A stretch of 63,045 nucleotides of DNA, counting the filler, from Reclinomonas americana ATCC 50394 (taxonomy: Eukaryota), in assembly GCA_048213135.1 (NCBI GenBank). It is 17 parts of 17 records of this genome, joined end to end, with 100 filler letters (N's around TTAATTAATTAA, not from the genome) between each part and the next. Parts side by side here need not be neighbours in the genome. Positions count along the whole stretch, not along the records: positions 21,024 to 27,884 come from AFZH01022511.1; positions 27,985 to 29,446 come from AFZH01022513.1; positions 29,547 to 30,810 come from AFZH01022514.1; positions 30,911 to 32,446 come from AFZH01022515.1; positions 32,547 to 38,287 come from AFZH01022516.1; 12 more parts are not named here. One strand, given 5' to 3'. Below are positions 23,501-33,829 of the stretch, piece after piece. The notes beneath the pieces are model-generated. The model was not told the origin of the DNA. It did not search any database and was given only the letters and a program-made list of their open reading frames with translations. The position numbers were made by a program, and so were the translations under genes. Position 1 is the stretch's first letter, and each line of letters starts with the position of its first letter.

Positions 23501-24363
23501 TCGTGCACGTGGCGCGCACCACTGACCGTACACACGAGACGACGCCGGATCCACAACCGTCACCAGCGGATCGCTGACCAGCTGCCACAGCATCACGTTT
23601 GGCGTGAAGATCGAGGCCTGCACAACGCACGCCGCGTTACCACCCGTGTTCACCCTCACTCGCCTGTACGCACACTCACCGGCACTTTCTGCTCCTTGGC
23701 CTCGGCCACCACACCGGCGATCACGTTGACGATGCCCGTGCCCGTGTTCTCCGCCTGCACGAATGGCACGCCAAACGCCTTGCACGACGACAACAATTGA
23801 GTGCTTCGCCCGTCCAGCAGCAGCAGCAGCAGTGGGCGCACTAACCTGACACACTTCGCGAAACGCATTCTGCTGCTCCATCACCACCTTGTCCACGTGC
23901 GATCGCTGGCCACTGTGCATCCCATCGCCGAAAACAATCACTGAACACGGAAGGGAATCACATGAGCGTGCGCTGCCTTCCCTCTTCTCCCTCTCTCCTC
24001 CCTCACTCGTGCACTGACCCAGTGTGTCAGCCGACGGAGGCCCGTTCTGCTCTCTCCACTTGGGCAGTGCATGCAACAATGCATGCAATGCACGCATCGA
24101 TGTCGCCGGTCCGTGGCCCCCATCAGTGGCGAATGCCGCAGGCACTGCCGCGGCAAATGCAGGTGACGAGGCCGCCACAAGGCACCCAGGCACATCAACG
24201 ATCAGCACGCGCTGTTGCTGCTGTGTGGAGAACCATGCTCGACTGTAGACGAGGCTGTGTAAGTCTCTCTCTCTCCCACGCACACACACACACACACGTG
24301 TGTGTGGACGTACTTGACTGTGCGTAATGGAGTGGACAGGTGTCGCAACAGGGGAAGCAGCAT
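20507..24363 (-). CDS. Family A DNA polymerase (bacterial Pol I architecture) with a mitochondrial-type presequence; rdxPolA-like
   Basis: MLLPLLRHLSTPLRTV|NRAWFST leader; 5'-nuclease-like domain; DDTMVMSYCLDCG; FKINSPKQLGEIIF; GRIHTTFQ...TGRLSSVDPNLQNIP; AERAAINTPIQGSSADI; motif C LLQVHDELVFEV. Motifs A and B fall in the gap. Confidence 0.93.
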
Positions 24364-24532
24364 GGCTATACTTGCCGCGATCCTTCACTCACTCACTTAC
24401 ACAAACAGGACGAACCGATCACTACCTTCGGCCGTCGTCGTGTGCGAGTCTCTCTTTCTGCTACTTTGTGTGTACATCAAACAGTGCGTGCGGGAACGGG
24501 GAAAACCCGAGTAAAGAAAAAAACTGAACTGG

Positions 24533-25994
24533 TCACTTGCGACGTCCGCCCTTCTTGCCACCAGTGCCGCTGCCGCTGCCGCCTTCGTCGCCTCCGGTGC
24601 TGCCGCGACCCTTCTTGCCGCCCTTCTTGCCTCCCTTTTCGCTGCCACCGGCTGCTGCGGTGACTCCAGGCGTCGGAGCCTGCGCACAACGTCAGTGACG
24701 ATCTGTGCACCGACGAGAACATCCACACGCAACGCCAGCAATGTTGAACTCGAACTCGCCGCCCGTGGCGCGCGTCAAGTCCACCATGAATGCATCAAAG
24801 TCGGCGGGCGCCAGAGCCACCTCGTACACACATCCGTCGCCGTAGGTCTCGTTGCCGACGCGGCACCACTTGTACAAAATGCTGCTCGCCACGCCAATGT
24901 GCTTGGTCGGCACTGTGGAGCGGGTGGTTGGTGAGTGCGCGCGTGCGGGTGCGTACCCGCAGAAACACAGAACGTCGAACCTGTGACTGAGCCCTCCAGG
25001 TCGGCGATCTTGGCGAACGAGAGGAGACCCTGCAGGCGCTTGAGAATGTCGGGAGCCTGACGCTCGGCCGGCACCTCCGGGTCGATCTTGGGCTTGGCTG
25101 CACGACGGTCAGGCGATCGCAAACAGAAGCGACAGTACACACACACACATACGAACCCTCTTCAAAGGCCAGTTCCACACGCATCGCGGGGTGCGGCAGG
25201 CGGGTCTTCGGGTCGACATAGTTGCGGGCAATGTATCCGACTGCGCGCACATGTCACGATCAATAACGCAGCGCCGGTGAGGGAGCAAGGAGGGAAGGAG
25301 CGCAACTGATCTGCTGCCGCTTCTCATCCACCTTTCGCCGCCGCTCCTCCGTGCTCTGCTGAAACTCGCCAGTGGCCTGCCGATCGAAAAAAACTCATTT
25401 CAGTAGCTGGCGTGGAAGGAGGATCCGGATACGGGTGCGTGACAACTCTCACCAGAATGGACGCGATGCATGTGGCCTTTACATCGGTGCCGAACGCTGC
25501 CTGCAGGTCTTCGGCCTTGGCGCGATCGCCCTTGGACGCGTTGCTGAAAATGTGCATCGACGATCGACGACCAGTGAGCGATCATGTGAGAACAGCAGAG
25601 GCAAGACGAAGAGGAAGAAGAGGCATATCTCATCGGAGACCAGCACTTGATCGACAGACAGCTTGCCCTCGCGATATGGCTGTGTGCGTGTGCGTGCGAG
25701 TGAGTGACAGTGTGTGTGTGTGTGTGACCACTCGCATGTGACCACTTGCCCACACATACCTCCACAGAGTCGGGTTGCACCAGCAGCTGTGCGTCGCATG
25801 TGATGAGCATCCGTGTCAGTCACTTGCACACAAACACGCACACACGCATGCACACCTCAAAGGTCTTGCCACCTGCGAGTGTGTGTGTAAGAGAGTGAGA
25901 GAGTGAGAGTGTGAATGCGAGTGAGGATTCGAGTGTGAGCAAGCGCACCCTTCTTCAGCTTCACAGTTTGCATGTCGGATGTTCGGCCTGACAT
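24533..25994 (-). CDS. SBDS/Sdo1-family ribosome maturation factor, archaeal-like paralog
   Basis: KLKKGGKTFE...IFSNASKGDRAKAEDLQAAFGT...[50 protein letters not shown]; C-terminal GGKK tail. Confidence 0.9.
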
Positions 25995-26101
25995 TGTGTG
26001 TGTCTGTGTATGCACTCAAACCAGGCGCACTATGCGTTCCACGAGCAACAAACACAGAGATCGCCGGACGACGGACAGCAGATGAGACGTTTGTCACTCG
26101 T

Positions 26102-26181
26102 GAGACTCTCTTTTTATGGCCACTCAGTCTTCTCCCTCGTCGAGACTCTCTTTTTATGGCCACTCAGTCTTCTCCCTCGTC
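26102..26181. repeat. Perfect 40-bp tandem duplication covering the PPP2R3C-like stop codon
   Basis: gagactctctttttatggccactcagtcttctccctcgtc x2. Confidence 0.9.
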
Positions 26182-27835
26182 GATCTGGCCAGTGGCAAGT
26201 GCCTCGCGATTCTCGTAGTTGCGGAAGGCTCGGACGTCGGTCATGTTGCCGACAAAGTAGTGCCCGTTGCCGGATCGGAAAATGTCGTCAAACGTGATGC
26301 GCAGTGGGTCGGCCGGGTTCACCATATCGTACATCTCCGACTGGGTGGGAGACGAGGAGAAGTCAGAGCGCGGTTCGGTGCATGGGCGGTGCAGTTTGTC
26401 GCACTTACCAGCACATCCTCAAAGGTCCAATCGTCCGACGGTGGCGTCTCAAGGCGGAATCGCTCAAACACCTCCTGTGGAGCGCAAAGAAAGCGATCAG
26501 CACTGAGATGCAGAGATGGATGGGCAAGGGTAGTTCTCACCCTGAAGAACAAGTTGAGTGTGGCCAGCGTAATGTAGCCCTTCTTGTCCACGTCGAGGAC
26601 TTTCCAGTGGAACTTGAGACCCTCGAACGTCTGCCTGTTCTCAATGGCCAACACGAGACGCACAAACGCCTCAAAGTTCTGCGAGCCGCACGTAAGCGAG
26701 CGAGTGAGGGACATGCGATGCCGACACTCAGGCAAGCTGCGCAAAAAAAAACGGAACCATGCGCTGGTCCCTCACATCCAGCTCCTCGAAGGCGCGCTGC
26801 AAGAACATCTCGGTCATCGAGGAGCCATTGAAGACGCGCATGTCCTCCAGCGACAGGTATCCATCGTGGTCCAAGTCAAGCTCCGTGAAATGACCTGGAA
26901 GTGCAACGCGCACGATTAGAAAGCATTCATCGACACCGCCCACCTGTTTGCATAGCATACACACCAATCAACCGGCGCGTGTTCTCCAGCGAGAACCAGT
27001 TGGCGGAGAGCATGTCGTCGTCCGGCACCGCCGTGTGCACCACCTCCATCAGCTCCGCAAACGCCGGACTCGTCATGAGGTCCTTGATGACCAAGTGGCC
27101 TCGTCCCAGCGGGTCGCAGAAGAAGAAGAGCTTGGCGCGCCCCGTGACAATGTGGTGCGGCACCATCGAAGGCGGCACAAAGCTGAGGGCCGGCACTTGC
27201 TGGGTGCCGATAAACGACCGCAGCATGGCGGTCACATCAATGGCCGACAGCGTTCCGTTGCACTTGGAGTCGAACGGCGACACGGTTAATCTCCACTCCA
27301 TCATGGCCACTATCGCAACACCAGAGTGAGCGAGTGTCGAGTGAACAGCAAGCGCACGCGTCGCACTCAACTCTTGCGAATGAGAAAGTTGAAAAAGGGC
27401 TTGGCATCGATGCGTCCCTCCTCGTCGTGCGGCAACTGCGCAAAGGTGCGAGGCGAGAAGAAAAATGCCGCCTTCTCCGCCGGCAACGCACTTGCCACCT
27501 CGCGGAACTGATCGTACGTCAACTATCGCAGCACACAAGAGGAGCGATCAATCAACACACACAGCTGGAAACACCAACAATAACTTGAGCGGGGAGACTT
27601 ACCATGACCTCTGGCTCATTCCTCTCAGACATCATACACGTGCGATTGTAGAGCTCATCGAGCTCCTGCTGCGTGAGTCGCAACATTTCCCACTTCTGTA
27701 CGCGAGGGAGAGGGTGCCACATGTGTGTGAGAGAGAACGAGAGAGAGAGAGACAGAGAGTGACAACTCACCGACATGCGCAAATCCGCAGCCAGACTGCG
27801 CACCAGCTGTCGCGCCTCATTGGCAGCGTTCTACG
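26164..27835 (-). CDS. PPP2R3C: PP2A regulatory subunit B'' gamma-like (EF-hand; PPP2R3C/TON2 family); 5' part may continue in the next contig
   Basis: FFFCDPLGRGHLVIKDLM, NWFSLENTRR, LDLDHDGYLS, FVRLVLAIENRQT...WKVLDVDKKGYITLATLNLFFR, FRNYENRE. Confidence 0.85.
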
Positions 27836-27984
27836 GCACAACACACACACAGAGGGAGAGAGAGAGAGAGGAGGGTGAGGGAGANNNNNNNNNNNNNNNN
27901 NNNNNNNNNNNNNNNNNNNNNNNNNNNNTTAATTAATTAANNNNNNNNNNNNNNNNNNNNNNNNNNNNNNNNNNNNNNNNNNNN

Positions 27985-29445
27985 GAACGGCGCCAAGTGG
28001 GCATAGTCGTCGATGACGCCACTCGCGCTGGCGCTGTCCCCGAGGCCGTCGCTGTCCTCCTCTTCGAACGCTTGCTTGGGTGTTGTGCGCCGCAACGGCG
28101 AGGTGACGAGTGCGCTTCGTCCACCGGCCGAGGGTGGTCTTTGCGTCAGCGCAATAGTGTCCGTGCTGGCCGAGGAGTCCCACGGTGTTGGTGCGCCTCG
28201 ACTCTCCAGCCGACCGCGTGCAGTCGCTGGACCCTGCTGTTGGACCGAATTCGACAGCGGCTGCCTTGTTGGGCGCTCCTTACGCTTCGGACCGGCGAAG
28301 AAGGCTGCGGCCGCTGCGGGTGGCAGTGGTGCATCACTCTCAAACGCACTGGGTAGCGGAAGCCGGGGAATTGTCGGTGCGCTGACGGCGACCGTTGATC
28401 CTGCCGTGCGTGGCCGAGATGGCTGGTTGTCGTCGGCCGACGCAGGGGACTGTGATTGGCCCCGATCGCCAGTGTCCTCCGACACGGCGGTTGTTGTTGT
28501 TGTCGTTGTTGTTGCTGCTGGCGCTGGTGGTGCAATGGCGCCAGCTGCCACCGCCGCCGCCGCGGTGTGGACAGTGGCGGGCAGTGCACTTGGTGTGGGA
28601 TCTGCAGTGTCGACAACGGCACCACCACGGAGTGTTTCTGCATGAACCGCGGTTGGTCGGTGACACTTCCACGAGTCACTTGTGACGGCGTCTGTTTTCG
28701 CATACCTTGTGATTTCTCTCGTGATTTTTGTCGACGACGGCGAATCTCGTCACCAGTGGTGGGTGCCTGCTGACATACGACAAGCGAGTTGGGATCGGCC
28801 GTGGCATTGCGCGCGGCGGCATTAAGAGAGCTGCGCGGTGAAAAAAACAATGTCAGATGGGGGGTGACTGAAGTGCAGGGGTGGAGCGACTCACCTGGCA
28901 CTTGTTGATTTGCCAGACGGTTTCTGCGTGTCGTCGGTGGTGGTCGCAAGTGATGGTGGTCGTAATGACTGATTCTTGCCTGCGTCCAGCGGCTGTGGTG
29001 CTACCGCGCCGGCTGCCACCGCGGCTGCCACCGCTACTGCCGTATTAGGGGTGACTGTAGTGGTGGTGGTCGAGGTTGCGGTCTGTGGCGCAGAGTCGGC
29101 GTCAATGAAGACCGTGGCAGTGCGTTCGACTGGTATGTTGCTGCTCGCCATAATGGTCGCAGTCGCCACAGCAGCCGCAGTGTTGGTGGTCTGCACTGGC
29201 TTGACAGCGCCAGCAGCGCGTGCACGCTCCTTGGTGGAACCCGCCTTGTGGGTCTCCTTGTCCTTGCCGCTTCGTCGGCCGTGTTGCGGAACGCCGAAAT
29301 TCGGATCGACCACCATGGGCACGCTTCTGTCGTCGACCTCTCCGAGGTAGGGAGCGAGATTGGAGCGTGGTGCCACCGCAGTGCGAGCGACAAGCGGCTG
29401 CGGTGGTGGTGGCGACGATGGCGACGATCGCGTGTCGTCATCGTC
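27985..29445 (-). CDS. Low-complexity Ala/Thr/Pro/Ser-rich coding exons, probably the N-terminal extension of the PPP2R3C-like gene
   Basis: Long minus-strand ORFs joined by a GT-AG intron (about 28835-28893); same strand and directly upstream. Confidence 0.5.
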
Positions 29446-29546
29446 CNNNNNNNNNNNNNNNNNNNNNNNNNNNNNNNNNNNNNNNNNNNNTTAATTAATT
29501 AANNNNNNNNNNNNNNNNNNNNNNNNNNNNNNNNNNNNNNNNNNNN

Positions 29547-32446
29547 GAACATGCTTCCGCGCCTTCCGTTGGCTGCCGGATCTGCCAGTGGGTTTAATCC
29601 TCCGCCGCTGTTGTCACTCTGTGCATGTTGGGTACGATGAGTGAAACATAGAAGGGGTACGATTGTGCACAAAATAATACGCACATCGCTTCCGCCGCCT
29701 CCAAACGGATTGAACTGGAAGAACGAGGCTCGGCGTTGCGATGCGTGCGACTCGATGACATGCGAGTGCGCTGCTGATACGGGTTGTTGCATCTGGTGCT
29801 GCGCCACTTGCAGACTCTGCGTGAGCGTGGTGATCTGCATGCGCCGAAAAAACAGCCGTGAGTGGAAGAGCACGATCAGGAAACCAAGTTGCAGCACGTG
29901 CAGAACACACCTCAAACGCCTGCTGTTGAATCAACTTCTCGGCGTGTGCCACCTTTTCGCGCTCTACTCCCAGCGCACGATCGGTTTCCACCAGTCGATC
30001 CTTCAGGTCGCCCATCTCGTCCGACAAAGCCTCCAGTTTTGCCGACGTCTCTTGCGACTGCTCATTGTACAAATCGCGCTCGACAAGCCACTGTCCCTCG
30101 CGTTGCCGCCACGTCTCCAGATCGAGTTCCATGGCTCCCATGGAGTTGGCCATGTGCGCAATCTGCTGCTTGTACGCCGCACACAGTGTACACGGCGTTG
30201 GCTCTGCAGCACCCTCATCCGTATGCTGCTGCTGCTCCGACTGCTGCTGCTGCTCCTCCTGCGACTGCTGCTCTTCGCCCTCTGCTTTCGGCGCCGCCTC
30301 CGCTGGCGGCACTGGTTGCAGTGGCGACTCAATGGACGGATCGCGCGCCAGCAATTGCTGTTGCTGTTGCAGCTGCTGTTGTTCCTCCCGATGCTGCTCC
30401 TCCAGACTCAGCAGCTGCTTTCGCTGCATCTCCTCCAGCACCTTCTGCTGCTGCTGCTGCTCCACATAACGAGCACGCATAATGTCGTTCTCGCGCGTCA
30501 GCACCGAGTTGACGTGCTCCAAATCCTGCTTCTCCTTGGTCACCAGCTCTAGCGACAGCTGCAGCTGCTCGATCGTATCGGAGCTAGAGTTGCGCGAGCG
30601 CTCAACCTCGTTGATCCGACGCCTCATCTCCTCCTGCATCTCCTGTCGCTCCCTCTCCAGCAACTTCTCCGTGTCCACCACCGGCTGCGGGGGTGGAAGA
30701 GAGGCAGCCAGTGCGCCGGTGGGATCCAGCAACACGCAACGACGCTCAGCCTCGTTGAGCTTCTGTTGCAGTGTGAAAATCTGTCGTGTCATTTGATCCT
30801 GCCGCCTCTTNNNNNNNNNNNNNNNNNNNNNNNNNNNNNNNNNNNNNNNNNNNNTTAATTAATTAANNNNNNNNNNNNNNNNNNNNNNNNNNNNNNNNNN
30901 NNNNNNNNNNGGCCGCCGCCTGCACGGTCTCCATTTCGCGCTTTGCCGACACGGCATCTTTCAGGAACACACCACGCTGTTCGTCCCACCACTCGCGATG
31001 CGTGCTTATCTGCGTAGCGGACCGACACGGTGAGAGACTGAGAGACTGACGAAGTGTGGGGGGAGGGGCGTCCACGTACCGATTTTTGCAACGCTTCGAT
31101 CGAGTTCTCTTGCTCGACTACGGTCTTTCGCAACTGCACGAGTTCTCCAGGCAGGTCGGACCACCGATCACGTTCACCTTTCTGCTCCCATGTCGCGGTT
31201 CAGAAGGAAACAGAGAAAGAGAGATTTCGATATTTGTCAACTCACCAGCTGCATGACAGCCTCGCGTACATGGTCCATTTCCACACTGAGTGCGTCTCCG
31301 ACAGCCCTCAGACGCTCCTTGATGTGCAACTCCAGTCCTGCGATATCGTTGACCTGCGGTTGCTACACGTCAGGAACAGACGACCCTCGCCATTAATGTC
31401 AACTGCGACAGACCTCGGGAAAGCGACTGGAGCGGCGTCGAGCGCTCTGCTTGACTGCGGCGGCCACGGCAGCCTTCTGCGTGGCTGCACGATCGGCCGA
31501 GGTCGGCTCTGCCGCGGCTTTGGCTGCTTTCCGCATGGGCACGGGCGCCGGAGCTGGCACACGACCAACACCCGGCACATGCAGATAGCCAAACTCCGAC
31601 TGCAGCATCGCCCACCGACTGCACTCCTCCATTTGCTCGAGGAACTGTGCGCACATCGAGCGATGAGACCCCGAGCGACTGCATTCACCACACGAGAGCA
31701 ACTAACTCACTTCCGAGGTGGCGTTCTCCAGCAGAGACTTGACCGAGCTGATCACCAGCGGAAACGAGATCGACGACTTGGGCGACGATGGTGTCAGTGT
31801 GGCCATCGACACCTTGCGCGGAGGCGGCGTCGACCACACGCGACTGGAAGACGTATTCTGCGCCGACGGCGACGCAAACGACGTTGCATCGTCGTCGTCG
31901 TCTTCCTCACGAATCGCCGTGACTGTGTGGTGGAGTGTGTGAGTGAGCGTTGTTGCTGTGGAAGAGCTGACACGAGTGTGTGTGTGTGTGCGTGTGCACG
32001 CAACTCGATGGAGAGAAGCCGTATCGTGCGGCGCTGGCGTACACCTGAAACCGTGGAGAGTCCACTGCCGGCACACGACTGAAGCACAGAGAGCAACCCG
32101 TAAGAACCTCTTTGTCTGACACACGCACAACCCTCGCCAACAGTAGTGCGTGTGTGTGTGTGTTCACTCACCGTCCGAGTGACATGGTCAGTGGCACGCT
32201 GCCGCCATACATTGACGAATGCGGTTCCGAAAAGGTGAACCCATCGCTGTCGCCCTCTGTGCGATAGTCCTCGTCGCTTGCCGAGTCGCTCATGCTCAAC
32301 TGTGTGAGAGAGGCAAGCGACTTGCGAGTTCTCGGCTTTTGCCTCAAAGACAACACGGACCGGTGACTCATGTTCGTCAACGGTTCAACGGCCGGCAATG
32401 GATCGATTGCTTTTTGGCCCCGTTTGTGACTTTCCCCCGTCCCCGT
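29547..32446 (-). CDS. Large coiled-coil hypothetical protein, partial, spans a gap
   Basis: E/Q/R-rich heptad-like ORF 29614-30792 plus spliced upstream exons; no family recognised. Confidence 0.7.
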
Positions 32447-32546
32447 NNNNNNNNNNNNNNNNNNNNNNNNNNNNNNNNNNNNNNNNNNNNTTAATTAATT
32501 AANNNNNNNNNNNNNNNNNNNNNNNNNNNNNNNNNNNNNNNNNNNN

Positions 32547-33177
32547 GCCAGCCGCCCGACAAATGCTCACCAACTCGCGCTGCTCCTCGTGCGACATGAC
32601 ATACCCGGTGGGGTTATGCGGGCAATTGACGACCACCAATCGCGGAGGAGGATCACTGGCCGCCACCACCTCGCGCAACTGCTGCAAGTCCAATCGCCAC
32701 TCAGGCGCACGCGTCTCCCACCGCGTGACTTGCGCCCCACATGCCTCCGCCACCGCGGTCAGCGACTGGTAGCACGGCCAGTGCACCACGACGCGATCGC
32801 CCGGCGCAATGCACGCTCGCACAAAGGCATAGATGGCCTCCTGCGCGCCCACGTGCACCAGCAGGTGCTGCTCGGGGTCGATGGTGGTGTAGAGTGTGCG
32901 GGCAATGGTGTCGCGGAGGTGTGGATCGCCGGTGGATTCGGCGTAGCCGAGGCGGAGGTCGAGGAAGCGGTCGAGGGTGGAGGAGGAGGAGGTGGGAGAA
33001 GAGGTGGGGGTGAGGGAGAGGAGGTCGCGGATGGAGGTGCTTTCGGCGTCGGAGCAGCAGAGGAGGAGCGGGGTGGTGAATTCGTAGCGGGCGAAGAAGC
33101 TGGGTGGTTGTGAGTAAGCGAGAGGAGGGAGGGAGGGATGAGGAGGAGGCGAACCGTTCGAGTTTGAAGGGCTCCAT
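32547..33177 (-). CDS. PLP-dependent aminotransferase class I/II (capreomycidine synthase/AspAT-like), 3' end lost in gap
   Basis: MEPFKLER|FFARYEF...CSDAES...LGYAESTGDPHLRDTIA...GAQEAIY...WPCYQSL...VVNCPHNPTG; one intron. Confidence 0.9.
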
Positions 33178-33469
33178 GATCGACGACTGATTGGTGTCGG
33201 TGCAATCAGCGCGGGCGGACATCGAAGTGACAGTGATCGCCAGCAAGAAAACTCGTGTGGTATTCTTATGCACTGGGTTGTTGGTGTTGAGAATAAAGAC
33301 CCCTTTCCAAGTTGCATAAACTCTGCCGGCGACGTCGACTTTACAGGCTTAGCAGGGTGGTGTCGATGAGTGGCCAGAGGTCAAAAAAGGGTCAAGGGTC
33401 AAGGGTTGAGGGCACAGAGCCCACAGCCTTACCGCTGGGTGTGAGATACCGAGGCCAACAGGCCACAAT

Positions 33470-33652
33470 GCTTCAAGCTACGTATGGTTTCAAGATCGCA
33501 GTTCTCGACTTGTTCGGAGCTCCGAGAGCGAACGCACGCACACAAGAAACCTGCTGCTGCCTCAAGATTGGTGTCTGTGTTGATGTTTCGGAAACGGTTG
33601 AACTTGGTCATCAAGACAACTGTTTGCTTGTTTGTTGGTGAATAAATTGTTG
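33470..33652 (-). mobile_element. Partial second copy of the MITE-like element at 50760-51061
   Basis: Reverse complement of about 50760-50930 with small indels (aagatcgcagttctcgacttgttcggagctccgagagc ... ggtcatcaagaca.ctgtttgcttgtttgttggtgaat). Confidence 0.75.
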
Positions 33653-33829
33653 CAGATGCAGTAGAACCCCAACACCTGTATATCCCAGTCAACAACCAAG
33701 CTGCGCAAACGGCAAGTGTTACACGTCGTTGCTGCATCGTCAGTAAGGCACTCGCGCGTAGTCCAATCTCCACCGCTAAACAATCCACGGCACGACTTCA
33801 TAAACACCACATTACTCTAATTACCCCTC

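Noticed and set aside
9710..24363. Alternative genetic code or stop-codon readthrough
   Set aside because: In the exons I traced, in-frame stops are explained by introns, and TAA, TAG and TGA all serve as terminators.
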